Shown in pieces: positions 24,762-34,690 of a stretch of DNA of 64,000 nucleotides (position 1 is the first letter of the stretch; each line of letters begins with the position of its first letter). The notes under the pieces are model-generated. The model saw only the letters and a program-made list of their open reading frames with translations, searched no databases and was not told where the DNA came from. The translations under genes and the position numbers were made by a program. Source of the stretch: Nitrosopumilus sp. (GTDB lineage: Archaea; Thermoproteota; Nitrososphaeria; Nitrososphaerales; Nitrosopumilaceae); contig OZ242186.1 in assembly GCA_965205675.1 (NCBI GenBank), positions 704,001-768,000 of the forward strand. The letters run 5' to 3'.

Positions 24762-26282
24762 TTAACTTAGTAAACAATATGCATATGATGGATTAAATGA
24801 TGGGTACATGATGTTGTCTTTTTCATTCACATGTTGCAGTCCTATTGAATGACCTAGTTCATGTGTCATGATTGTTTCAACACTTTTTACGTCATACAAT
24901 TGAAAACTTCCATCACAATTATAATCCCCCAAAGTAACTTCTACTACTCCTTTTCCAATATGTGCATGTCCTAAAATTTGATCTGGCTTACATGGTTCTT
25001 TCCCGTCTTTTACTTGGTCTTTCTGTCTGTCTTCAGAGCATAATTCTCTTACAACCCATGTTACCCAAACATTGGCATTAAATTTTTTATTTGTAATCTC
25101 AAATTTTATTTTCGCATTTTGTTCTCCTATTTTTAATTCTTGTTTCTCCCAAAACGAAAAAGAATTCTTCAACGTACTTACATGATCTAGTGGAAGTCCT
25201 GTTGGCTGATCATTGATGAATACTTTGTAATTGATAATATATGATCCTTCATCAATTTCATATGTTGGGTCTGGAAATTTACTTGATGCTTGCTTTACTT
25301 CTTGCTCAAAATTCCATTTTACATAATCTCTGAGGAATTTTTTTATGACGTCTTGACTTGGATTGGGATACTCTATGTATCTTTTTTCTTTGGATATGTT
25401 CTTTGAAATGTCTCGGAGGTATCTCTCAAATAAGTAAAATTCTTCATCTAATTCTTTCTGAGATTTTTGTGGTTTATCTTCTACATTAACAACAATTATT
25501 CCATTCTCAATCAAATGTTGAATCCCTGATACAAATGCTTCATTCTCTATTTGTTTATCTGCCCACCCTTCTGCATTATTTTTTATCCATTCTGGAATGT
25601 TTTTGTCTGGTTGGTTTAGTACTTTTACTGGTGGAATTTTGATAATTTTATTTTCTATCAAATACATTAATACTGAATTAAATTCTGAATCTTGCATACT
25701 TCCATCTGACCACCATTTGGCAATTGGTCTTACCCATTCTGGAATTGTAGTTATCTCTACTTGGCTTGAATTCTCTGGTTTTTCAGTTGCTATGTAGGGG
25801 TATTTTGAAATTATATTCTTGATGAAATTTTTATAATTATTTATCACCACACTATCTGGTTTTTCATCTGATGCTTTTTCAAAATATGATATTGATTCTT
25901 GATATTCTCCCAAATTCCCAAACCCTATACCCATACCTGTCAAAGATATGACGTCATCTGGTTCGTATTGCAATACTTTGAAAAATTGTTTTAGAGAGTT
26001 ATTATGATCATTGAGATTATTTTCAACAATACCTTTCATTTTTAGAGTCGCAATGTTATTTGGAGCGCTTTCTAGTATGTCGTCATAAAGTGTTATTGCC
26101 TCTTTGTATTCCCCCTGAATGAAATGTTCCCTAGCTAAATTGAATTTGAATTCAAGCTCTTCTTCTGTTTGCGCAAATGATGTACCCTCAAGAGCTGTTA
26201 AACTAAACAACAATATTATTAAGAAATAAAATACATTCATTCTATTTTTCATATCTTCATTTTGTTTATACTTTATTTTCAA
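24762..26282 (-). CDS. Secreted TPR protein with C-terminal matrixin-type zinc metallopeptidase (true start probably near 26240)
   Basis: Signal peptide, TPR helices, IPEW-K domains, HELGHSIGLQH..IMYP metzincin motif. Confidence 0.85.
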   Translation of the reverse strand: MKIKYKQNEDMKNRMNVFYFLIILLFSLTALEGTSFAQTEEELEFKFNLAREHFIQGEYKEAITLYDDILESAPNNIATLKMKGIVENNLNDHNNSLKQFFKVLQYEPDDVISLTGMGIGFGNLGEYQESISYFEKASDEKPDSVVINNYKNFIKNIISKYPYIATEKPENSSQVEITTIPEWVRPIAKWWSDGSMQDSEFNSVLMYLIENKIIKIPPVKVLNQPDKNIPEWIKNNAEGWADKQIENEAFVSGIQHLIENGIIVVNVEDKPQKSQKELDEEFYLFERYLRDISKNISKEKRYIEYPNPSQDVIKKFLRDYVKWNFEQEVKQASSKFPDPTYEIDEGSYIINYKVFINDQPTGLPLDHVSTLKNSFSFWEKQELKIGEQNAKIKFEITNKKFNANVWVTWVVRELCSEDRQKDQVKDGKEPCKPDQILGHAHIGKGVVEVTLGDYNCDGSFQLYDVKSVETIMTHELGHSIGLQHVNEKDNIMYPSFNPSYAYCLLS

Positions 26283-26374
26283 TTTCTACTTTATTCAAGC
26301 CTATTTTTATTTGAATTTGTGATTAGTTTACCTTATTTCGAAAATCTTTAATTCACTAATAACCTCATAATTCC

Positions 26375-26713
26375 ATGTTGACAAACATTGGAGCTGGTGG
26401 AATCATTTATGATCTACGTAAAAAAATCCAAGAAATTCAAGCAGATTTGGCTCAATTAGACCATCCTGTATCTGAAATTCCTGAAATGATTGAATCTTCA
26501 AACTTACTGCGTTCTAATCGATATCTTTCACAGGCAAATGATAAGAAAACTGAGCTATTATCTGCATACGAACAATATTCTGTGGCCCTTGAGGAATTAC
26601 TTGCATCTGTTTTTGAGATACAAAAGGATCTTAAAGAAATTCTCAAAGAACAATCGTCGTTAATTTCAACTCCTAGAAAAAAACCCTCAAAACCAAAATC
26701 TAAGAAAAAATGA
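26375..26713 (+). CDS. Hypothetical coiled-coil protein
   Basis: Full-length ORF with upstream TATA-like TTTAA; host-like composition. Confidence 0.7.
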   Translation: MLTNIGAGGIIYDLRKKIQEIQADLAQLDHPVSEIPEMIESSNLLRSNRYLSQANDKKTELLSAYEQYSVALEELLASVFEIQKDLKEILKEQSSLISTPRKKPSKPKSKKK

Positions 26714-26715
26714 TT

Positions 26716-27723
26716 CTATTTTGATAAATGCGTAATGTCCCCTGCAACCACTTTGTGACTTTTGCTATTGTGTAAAACTATCAATGAACCATCATCATCA
26801 ATTTTGATTGCTTTTCCTTTTATGTTGGAATCTGTTGTGTTTAATTCAACTTGTTTGCCTATTGTTGATGATCTTAGAGTCCACTCTGAAATTATCTTTT
26901 TAGTTTGCTTTGCATTAAGAGAATCGTAAATTTTTTCTAATTCCATCAAAAAAGTCTGAACTAAATGAATTGGTCTGTTGCTGTGTTTTTGATTATTAAG
27001 AGAAGCTACTCCATAGAAATTTGGTGTATTTTTGAGTAGTTTTTCAATTTGTTTTACATTTATATCGAAATTTATGCCGACTCCTAAAACTAAACTTTCA
27101 ATTTTATTTGATTCTAATGATGCATCTACTAATATTCCTGCTACTTTTTTACCTTTGATTGTCACATCATTTGGCCATTTTAATTCTGGTTTAATTGAAA
27201 ATATTTTTTCAATTGCAATTGATAGCGCTAATGATGCTGCAATTGGAAATAATGTTGTAACGAAGATGTCAAATTTTGGACGTAGTATAATTGAAATCCC
27301 TATTCCTCCTTTTGGTGAAATCCATTTTCTTCCAGATCTTCCATGACTGTCTGTCTGTTTTTCTGCTACTATCACTGTTCCATCATTTGTGCCTTTTTCT
27401 AAGATTTTCAGTGCTTGATTTTGTGTAGAATCAATTGAATCAAAATAATATGCGTGCTTTCCGATGATTTTTGTTTTTAAATTTGCTGTTATTTCCCAAG
27501 GAAGTAATAATTCTGAATTTGATACTAGTTTATACCCTAATTTTTGTTTTGATTCTACACCATATCCTAACTCTTGAATCTTTTTGATATGCTTCCAAAC
27601 TGCCACTCTGCTAATTTTCAACACATCACTCAAATCTTGCCCTGACAAGTATTCTGTATTATGAGTTTGTAAAAATGTCAGTACTTTAACTAATCCTGGG
27701 TTATCAAATGAATTATACATCAA
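26716..27723 (-). CDS. birA: Bifunctional biotin--[acetyl-CoA carboxylase] ligase/repressor
   Basis: N-terminal HTH (SGQDLSDVLKISRVAVWKHI), STQNQA, GRSGRKW, LKWPND and KVAGIL motifs. Confidence 0.95.
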   Translation of the reverse strand: MMYNSFDNPGLVKVLTFLQTHNTEYLSGQDLSDVLKISRVAVWKHIKKIQELGYGVESKQKLGYKLVSNSELLLPWEITANLKTKIIGKHAYYFDSIDSTQNQALKILEKGTNDGTVIVAEKQTDSHGRSGRKWISPKGGIGISIILRPKFDIFVTTLFPIAASLALSIAIEKIFSIKPELKWPNDVTIKGKKVAGILVDASLESNKIESLVLGVGINFDINVKQIEKLLKNTPNFYGVASLNNQKHSNRPIHLVQTFLMELEKIYDSLNAKQTKKIISEWTLRSSTIGKQVELNTTDSNIKGKAIKIDDDGSLIVLHNSKSHKVVAGDITHLSK

Positions 27724-27937
27724 TTAGTTTTTTATTTTATTCTCAAGTATTAAACACAAACGATTGTTCTGATTTAGTAAAGGTGTTTTGCTATTCCTGA
27801 ATATCTACGTCTTGTATGGTTATTTTCTCTTTAACCTTATCATTGGAGGCTAGGCAACAAATATCTATTTAATTTTAAAGTTATCTGATCTCGTTAATTT
27901 ACTAGTTCCGTCAGATTGTATAAATTATTAGGAATGA

Positions 27938-28225
27938 TTATTCCCTACCGTACAAGTTCTTATGGTCATCTAAATCTACAAGATAAACAATGCGCCCTGC
28001 ATAATTTATTGCATAAAGTAAACTGATTGATTTTGTCATGTGCCTACCAAAACAATCTTTGTATTTACCCTGTTTTCTGTCACCAATCTCAGCAGAATCA
28101 TCTACAAATTCTAATTCTTGAATGAAACATTTGTAATTTTTGATCAAGTTCAAATTAGATTTGAATAGTTTTCTCAATTTTCGATCTATTGTATCATCAA
28201 TTGGTTATATGCCCCAAGGATTCAA
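27938..28225 (-). pseudogene. RelE/ParE-like toxin with an early nonsense codon
   Basis: TTG start overlapping the upstream stop; MNPWGI*PIDDTIDRKLRKLFK..LLYAINY..IVYLVDLDDHKNLYG; in-frame TAA at 28205-28207. Confidence 0.7.
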
Positions 28226-28633
28226 TCTTTCAAAATCTGATCAATATGTTGTAAATATTCAGAAGAAGTGTATTTTTTACCTTTAACGTTACCCGATTGA
28301 ATCAAATCTAGTTTATCTTCAATTTCTGAATTAATCTTCTTTCTTTCTAAATTAGATTCAGAATTAAACTCAGGGGCACTATTCAACACTATGTCTTTGA
28401 TTCCGCTATTTACAGTATATTTAGGATGCGCTTCATAGATATCTTTCAGAATTGAACTCATGGATTTTTTATTTAATTCGGTGAATTTTTCATGTAAAAT
28501 TTTAATCATTTTATCATGATTTTCCACAAGGTTGCGCAGTACTGCACGGCCTTTAATTTTTAAAGTATAATTATGTATTAATCGATTATTGAAAGTTTGT
28601 TCAACTTGCTCATCAATCAAATTTTGTTTAATA

Positions 28634-28771
28634 GACGTCTTGCGTAATTATTTCTAGGCGTGAATTTTGCTGCAGGATTTTTCAAATTGGTTGAGAAATT
28701 TGAATTTTCAGGTATGAATTCTGTTAAAATACAAAATTTGAGAAAAAATCTCTATAATTACGCAAGAGGTC
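28634..28771. mobile_element. 138-bp MITE, copy 1
   Basis: TIRs GACGTCTTGCGTAATTAT / ATAATTACGCAAGAGGTC with flanking direct repeat TAATA; near-identical inverted copy at 51695-51832. Confidence 0.9.
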
Positions 28772-28796
28772 TAATACACATACTTAGATCTTGAGC

Positions 28797-28900
28797 TAGC
28801 TGCTGACTATTAGGACCAAATCTATACTTCTCAACGGTGAAGGGCTTGGCAGCTCCCTCGGTGTGAGATAGCTGCTGACTATTAGGACCAAATCTATACT
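28797..28900. repeat. 30-32-bp direct repeat separated by a 40-42-bp GC-rich insert
   Basis: TAGCTGCTGACTATTAGGACCAAATCTATACT at 28797 and 28869. Confidence 0.9.
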
Positions 28901-29022
28901 GTCTAACAAATATTCATGACCCAAAATCTTCCAAATTATGCTAATTCCTGAAATTTAAACTTGAATCTACAATGTACGTAAATCGAGTTCAAAATAGGGT
29001 GACGAATTTTTGTTATTGAGTA
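28897..29022. mobile_element. 126-bp IS630-family MITE
   Basis: TIRs TACTGTCTAACAAA / TTTGTTATTGAGTA resemble the ends of the IS630 at 39934-41031; TA duplication; excision restores CCC TAT AGA (PYR) of the host gene. Confidence 0.8.
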
Positions 29023-29423
29023 TATAGGGAACCCAATCATCATAGAAATTCAAACTAGTAGTTCTTTTGAATATAGTTGAGATGTCAAAAAACCATATTT
29101 TTGCATACGAGTGGATCCTTTAATGGTCATATCATTTACTAATAAAACAACACGATCTAAACCGGTCAATTACTATACATACATTTTTGTCATATTTGAA
29201 CTAAGTGTATGTTTTGTAGGATGTCTAATAACGCCCATCACACTTTAGTTGAACAATCTATTGAAAATTACTTCCATCTTCATATGTCACATAAAAAACA
29301 ATGAAGATATCGCACTTCTTATCGATAACAGTATCAAGATTTGTAGCGATGCCTGGTTAACTTACCAGTTCCCTAATCTCATGACTTTTCATTTAACAAA
29401 TTTATGACTTTTATGCCTAGTCA

Positions 29424-30230
29424 CTATCTTCTCTTCAGATAACCAGACAATATGCTATCTGCCATCTCAGTAACTTCCATATCTTTTCTCATAGCCAAAC
29501 TATGCAGTTTTCTGGCATTTGTCTTGCTCAATAATATGCTGACTCGCTGTTGTAGTAATCCTTTTTTTGCTTTTTTTAGTAGCTTGATATGAGATGACTT
29601 TGGAGAACGATTCAATGTTTTTAGATACTCTTTTCTTAATTTCTGATCCAATAAAGTGATTTTTTCTGCAATCTTTATTGCTTTTGAAACATTTGGGACT
29701 GCACGATACAGTTTCACACAATCATCACGAGACAATTCCTTTGGGACAAATTGTCTTAGTTTTTCTGGAACTGCTGCAAATCCAAGGTATTTCCTCAACG
29801 TTTGAGAAGAAATTCCCAATGATTTTGCAGCCTTGCTTTTCCCTACAGACTCACTCAAAAACACACAAGCCGCTGTGGTATCTCTTGTGTTCATTTTATT
29901 TCTGTGCAGGTTCTCTACAACTGATGCTGCCTTTGCATTTTCCAAATCATACTTGGTATTATTTGTAAGTAATAGTACGGGTATCTTTTTTGCACCTAAT
30001 CTTTTCAGTGCCGCCAACCTTCTCTGGCCTGACATTAACAAGTATGAATTTTTTGATTCCTTTTGTACCATTGGCGGATTCTGCAATCCCTCGTTTTTTA
30101 TCGAACGTGCCAGTTCTGCAATTCCTTGACGATCAAGTTTTCTTGCCTGTGCGTCACGCCATACCTTGATGTACTTTATTGGAATCTCTTTTAATCGATA
30201 AGTAATTGGAGAATTGTATCTTTTAGCCAT
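29424..30230 (-). CDS. ParB/Srx-like N-terminal domain protein with HTH
   Basis: ELARSIKNEGLQNPPMV..LMSGQRRLAALKRLG..VENLHR motifs. Confidence 0.85.
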   Translation of the reverse strand: MAKRYNSPITYRLKEIPIKYIKVWRDAQARKLDRQGIAELARSIKNEGLQNPPMVQKESKNSYLLMSGQRRLAALKRLGAKKIPVLLLTNNTKYDLENAKAASVVENLHRNKMNTRDTTAACVFLSESVGKSKAAKSLGISSQTLRKYLGFAAVPEKLRQFVPKELSRDDCVKLYRAVPNVSKAIKIAEKITLLDQKLRKEYLKTLNRSPKSSHIKLLKKAKKGLLQQRVSILLSKTNARKLHSLAMRKDMEVTEMADSILSGYLKRR

Positions 30231-30496
30231 GATTCTATCAATATGTGACTTTTGTTAAGAGATACAGTTATTGGTAATTGACTAAAAATGAAAAAAATAT
30301 TAATGGATTTTTTGCATATGGCAAGAAACACAAGTTTGTGAGTTGTTTCTCAGGCGTTTTATTTGTTTATTCGTACTTATCTTAAGATAAAATCAGCTGT
30401 TTTCCAGTTTTTGGACTCCTTTAATTCATAAATCTTGTCTTTTGACTATGCAAAATTAACGAGTCCAGATTATACACTATTTAAACCAAAAAGAGG

Positions 30497-30666
30497 GTAT
30501 GTATCAAGCCTCATGCCTAGAATTTGTTTTTAGTTTCCATTTTTGTTCCTGATGGGGTAGATGACCTTGATTCATACAAAAGAGGGTATGTATCAAGCCT
30601 CATGCCTAGAATTTGTTTTTAGTTTCCATTTTTGTTCCTGATGGGGTAGATGACCTTGATTCATAC
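30497..30666. mobile_element. Tandem dimer of an 81-bp IS66-derived MITE
   Basis: Units 30497-30577 and 30586-30666 are identical; ends GTATGTATCAAGC / CCTTGATTCATAC match the IS66 TIR at 38024/41748; each unit bounded by the 8-bp AAAAGAGG (last copy AAAAGAGA). Confidence 0.88.
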
Positions 30667-31148
30667 AAAAGAGATTGAAAATATCATCGTGCCTCAGAAG
30701 AAAAAGTCGTTTCTTGACCAAGTTGTTTGGCAAAAAAATAACTGAATTACAAATCTTTCTAGTTTTAACCAAAGTACATTATTTAGCTTGTATCTCAATT
30801 CAAAGATGGATAATCTAGACAATTATCCCCCAGATCGTAGGGGTGAACACTTGGATGATGCATAGATTAGTATTATTGGAAAACCTTAATTTGTATACGA
30901 GTCCAATAAAACAGATTGGTTTGTTTTAGATGTGATGGAAAAGGTCAATACAAGAATCAATTCGGGATTATGGAAAAATGTGAATCATGTCAAAAAAAAG
31001 ATATGTCTTTTGAAAAAGTAAACACTGAATCTGATTCTGATGAAGAACGATATTAAGAGATTCTTATTATCCTTAGTTGTTTCTATAAAATTCTAATTTT
31101 GATCTGTATTTTCATTGAGTTTAAATTGTAATTATTTTTAATATTTCT

Positions 31149-31349
31149 ATGGAACAAAAAGCACTAGAATGTCCAGTATGTAAAAGTAGCAAAGCTGAGA
31201 TTGCGGGAGAAGATGTTAAGCTAAGTGGACGTTTTAACAATAAAGAATTCCTTACCACAGAACTAACTGTTCTAAGATGTTCAATGTGTGGATATTATAT
31301 GATGTTTGACAAAAATGCATCATCATTTACAACTAACGATAAACCTTAA
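31149..31349 (+). CDS. Small zinc-ribbon protein
   Basis: CPVC...CSMCGY motifs. Confidence 0.7.
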   Translation: MEQKALECPVCKSSKAEIAGEDVKLSGRFNNKEFLTTELTVLRCSMCGYYMMFDKNASSFTTNDKP

Positions 31350-31351
31350 TC

Positions 31352-31948
31352 TTATTTGACTAGTTCTTGATTATCTAATTGCAACAGGTATGCTTCTATT
31401 TCTTCAGGTGTTTCAGCACCATATATGATCAATATTCTGTCATCTTCCATGATCTCATAATCTCGAATGTCTGATACCTGTTCTCTGTTGACGAAGAATT
31501 TTAATTTATAATCATCGTTTGAACAAAAAGATTTTCCATCTGGGAAAACATAGCATTGGTCATCTAGTCCTATGGATATTGTATCAAAGAGCCATCCTAA
31601 ATCTACCCCAGTCGCATGTTTGTGAATTGTGGAGCCATCGTTTCCTTCAAAATGAATCCAACTAGACTTGATTTGAAATGCTGGACTGGAAAATTCAAAG
31701 GTATCTCCAAAAATCTTCACTAATAATGCGGCATGTGAGTGCTCACTTCCTAATGCTCCTGCATCTGGTGGGCCCCCTGGTGCAGTCTCAGTTATGTTCA
31801 AAAATAGGTATGCTGCATATCCTACTATTACTGCAATTACAGATAAAACTGCGATTGCAATTAGTGTTTGTTTTCTTTTTTCTGCTGAATGCTTTGTAGC
31901 GTAATTTTCACGTTTCACTTCACGCTCTCGCCTTTCTTTTCGACCCAT
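31352..31948 (-). CDS. Conserved thaumarchaeal membrane-anchored protein
   Basis: Basic N-terminus, one TM helix, HSH..WIHFE..IHKH putative metal-binding motif. Confidence 0.75.
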   Translation of the reverse strand: MGRKERREREVKRENYATKHSAEKRKQTLIAIAVLSVIAVIVGYAAYLFLNITETAPGGPPDAGALGSEHSHAALLVKIFGDTFEFSSPAFQIKSSWIHFEGNDGSTIHKHATGVDLGWLFDTISIGLDDQCYVFPDGKSFCSNDDYKLKFFVNREQVSDIRDYEIMEDDRILIIYGAETPEEIEAYLLQLDNQELVK

Positions 31949-32320
31949 AGGATGATTTCATTCTAAAATTTACCCTAATTAACCATTCGTCATCTGTATC
32001 ATCTTCATCACATTCTGAGTATTTTTTCTCTAGTAAGAATCCCTTGAAAAGAGTTTATGTTGATCTATGCTCTTTTTGACAAGACTCTTTATTATGTTTC
32101 TAATGCTAAATTTCACGTGAATTGCAAAGAGGGATTTGTTCATGATTTTGTGTGGTTTGAGATACTATCCTCAAAAAGATGCCTGCATTGTGGAAAAGAA
32201 GAAAACTAAATCTCTGGGGTTTATTTTTTCCAGTTAGTTACTATCTGCCTGTATCGCACATACTCTATTGATTCTGCATTGAATAAAACCAATAAATAAA
32301 ATTAGAATATTCTGTTATTT

Positions 32321-32725
32321 ATGGGATGTATTTTCTGTGATATTTTAGACGGTAAAAGAAATAGTCATATGTTATATGAAGATGAATCTTATGTTGCATT
32401 CTTAGATAAATATCCTATTGATGTTGGTCACAGCCTAGTCATTCCTAGGAAACATTATGAACGAATTACAGATATGAATTCAGAAGATGTTGGAAATGTC
32501 TTTTCTTTGGTTCCAAAAATTGCCAAAGCGATATTGTCTGCTACAGGAGCTGATGCATTTAGTCTCGGACAAAATAATGGCAAAGCTGCAAGGCAAATAA
32601 TTCCACATGTCCATATACACATCATTCCTCGTTACAACAGTAAAGGAACCGTATGGACTGAACGTATAATTCCAACTGATGATGAACTCTCAAAACTATC
32701 TAAAAAAATTCGTAATTTTATTTAG
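32321..32725 (+). CDS. HIT family hydrolase
   Basis: CIFC, GHSLVIP and HVHIHIIPR histidine triad. Confidence 0.93.
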   Translation: MGCIFCDILDGKRNSHMLYEDESYVAFLDKYPIDVGHSLVIPRKHYERITDMNSEDVGNVFSLVPKIAKAILSATGADAFSLGQNNGKAARQIIPHVHIHIIPRYNSKGTVWTERIIPTDDELSKLSKKIRNFI

Positions 32726-33998
32726 CGTGGCCTGGATTATATCTTAAAATCGCCCCAATCTTTCCTAAACTTGCAAGATTGTTTCCGTGTTCTGCACTTC
32801 CTGATATAACTTCTAACTGAGCTCCTGTCTTTGATGCAAGTATTTCCAGATAATCTACAATGTCTTGCTCGTTGACCTCAACTTCCATGGCGTTACATTC
32901 TGGGCATGGTTTTGATGAATATTCTGTCTTTTTTGGAATGACTAGTGGCCTTTCGATAATTTCTTCTTGAATATGTTTACAACGCTTGCATTCTCCTTCA
33001 ACTCTATGCAAATTTGTGTTATCTGTAATTAGCAAAGTTTGAACTACATTGTTTTTCAAATATTCTATAACTTCTTGCAATCCATAGGATCCTTTCCCTG
33101 TGTTTGTGTTTATCTCTCTAAATAAATCCTCGATCATTTTTTTCTCTTCGACCATTCTAAAACTACTTAAAATATCTGCAGATCTTGTAAATGCTTCTCG
33201 TATGCCTTCTGCTCCTGAATATGACGCATCAATTGTATTGATGATATTGTTCTGTAATCTATATTCTAAATAATTTCCATTAATGAAATCTTCTTTTGTG
33301 GGTCCTGGTCCTGAAATAATCAGCCCTTTTACTGGATAAATATCGATAAAATATTCTCTAGTTGTTTGCGCTACTCTGTTGTAAAAATAACTCAACTCCA
33401 TCTCTCTTAGTTTTTGAAATCTTTTTGCAGACTGTCCTCCCTGTCTATGTTTTCCTGCTACCCCTGAACCTGTCTGAGACAACACTTCAATTTTATCACC
33501 ATGTAACAATCCCCAACCTGCATCTTTTGCATCAATTGCTAAAAATCCAATCAAGTTGTCATCCTTGAGCATGTCTTTTAGAATGTCTACATGAAAATGA
33601 TCATCACATCTGTACAAATATTGATTCAAGTCTTTTGGAGGATCTATCTCCCATACTTTGACTACTTCACTTCCTAATGGTCCTCCTTCTTCTGGTGGCA
33701 ATGCCCCGCAAAACATTACCAGTCCTCGTTCTGGAGTTTTTTTGTACAGCTTTAATCTCTGAACAACTTTGCCCAAAGAATCTACTACATGTGATCTTGT
33801 CAAATCTGATTTTATGTTATCTGCTGTTCCTTGTTCTTGTTGTAATGAATTGATAATTTCATGTAGTTGCTTTCCTTTTGGAATATACACTGTGATTAAT
33901 TCTGTGCCTCTACCTGATTTTTTAGATAATTCTTCTAGTGTTTTTCTAATTTTGTAGATTTTTACAGAATCTTGTTTTTCAATCTCAATCTTGGGCAT
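32718..33998 (-). CDS. prf1: Peptide chain release factor aRF1
   Basis: NIKS, YRCD and GGQS motifs. Confidence 0.97.
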   Translation of the reverse strand: MPKIEIEKQDSVKIYKIRKTLEELSKKSGRGTELITVYIPKGKQLHEIINSLQQEQGTADNIKSDLTRSHVVDSLGKVVQRLKLYKKTPERGLVMFCGALPPEEGGPLGSEVVKVWEIDPPKDLNQYLYRCDDHFHVDILKDMLKDDNLIGFLAIDAKDAGWGLLHGDKIEVLSQTGSGVAGKHRQGGQSAKRFQKLREMELSYFYNRVAQTTREYFIDIYPVKGLIISGPGPTKEDFINGNYLEYRLQNNIINTIDASYSGAEGIREAFTRSADILSSFRMVEEKKMIEDLFREINTNTGKGSYGLQEVIEYLKNNVVQTLLITDNTNLHRVEGECKRCKHIQEEIIERPLVIPKKTEYSSKPCPECNAMEVEVNEQDIVDYLEILASKTGAQLEVISGSAEHGNNLASLGKIGAILRYNPGHAK

Positions 33999-34045
33999 TG
34001 TGATTTGTCTTTAATTTACGAATATATCTTTTTGATTATTTTTAA

Positions 34046-34690
34046 TCACAACTCATCAATTGTTTTCAGAAATACTTCTAATGGTTGATTTCCTCTGATC
34101 TTGATTACTTTTTCATCATTGAATATCAGAAATGATGGAGTTGCATCTACTCCTATCTCTTTCCCAAATTCGTAAATTAAACTCACTTTGTTTTTGTATT
34201 TGTGTTCATCCAAACATTCATTGAATTTATCCAAATCCAAATCTACTGTACTTGCAAAATTATTTAGAGATTCACTAGTAATCCATCCTGTTCTTTCCCC
34301 CTGCCAATTTTTGTATAATTCATCATGATATTGCCAATATTTTTCTTGATCATTTGCACAATAGGATGCTTCTGCTGCAAGAAATGAATCTGGACCATTT
34401 AATGGAAAATCTTTGAAAACTAATTTTACTTTTCCAGTTTCAACAAAATCTTGTTGTATTGTATTTAAAGTATCTTGATGAAATTTGTAACAAAATGTAC
34501 ACTGATAGTCTCCCCATTCCAATATGGTGATTTTTGCATTTGCATTACCCATAATGGGGGATCCTCCTTCAATCAACTTTGATGTGGTTAGTAATTGTGA
34601 TTCTGTTTCAGACTCTGGATAAAATGCCAAAAACATTCCGGTAACAATTCCAATTACTACTGGAATTATTAATAAATAAATTTGTAACAT
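34046..34690 (-). CDS. DsbA-family thioredoxin-like oxidoreductase
   Basis: EWGDYQCTFC and GVDATPSF (cis-Pro) motifs. Confidence 0.9.
   Translation of the reverse strand: MLQIYLLIIPVVIGIVTGMFLAFYPESETESQLLTTSKLIEGGSPIMGNANAKITILEWGDYQCTFCYKFHQDTLNTIQQDFVETGKVKLVFKDFPLNGPDSFLAAEASYCANDQEKYWQYHDELYKNWQGERTGWITSESLNNFASTVDLDLDKFNECLDEHKYKNKVSLIYEFGKEIGVDATPSFLIFNDEKVIKIRGNQPLEVFLKTIDEL

Larger units (their letters stand above)
28222..29169 (-). pseudogene. Winged-helix antitoxin-like (DUF4065/Panacea/YwgA-like) gene disrupted by three insertions and a frameshift
   Basis: Removing the insertions rebuilds ..IKGSTRMQKYGFL..NFYDDWVPYRFGPNSQQLAQDLSMCIKQNLIDE..YTLKIKGR..YEAHPKYTVNS. Confidence 0.7.

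Noticed and set aside
28797-28900. Calling this a bona fide CRISPR array feature
   Set aside because: Only two copies, and the repeat is demonstrably host coding sequence (YRFGPNSQQL) without CRISPR-like ends; kept only as a candidate integration scar.
30489-30674. 89-bp-period repeat as a CRISPR array
   Set aside because: Units are fully identical with no variable spacer and are explained by IS66-type TIRs plus an 8-bp TSD.
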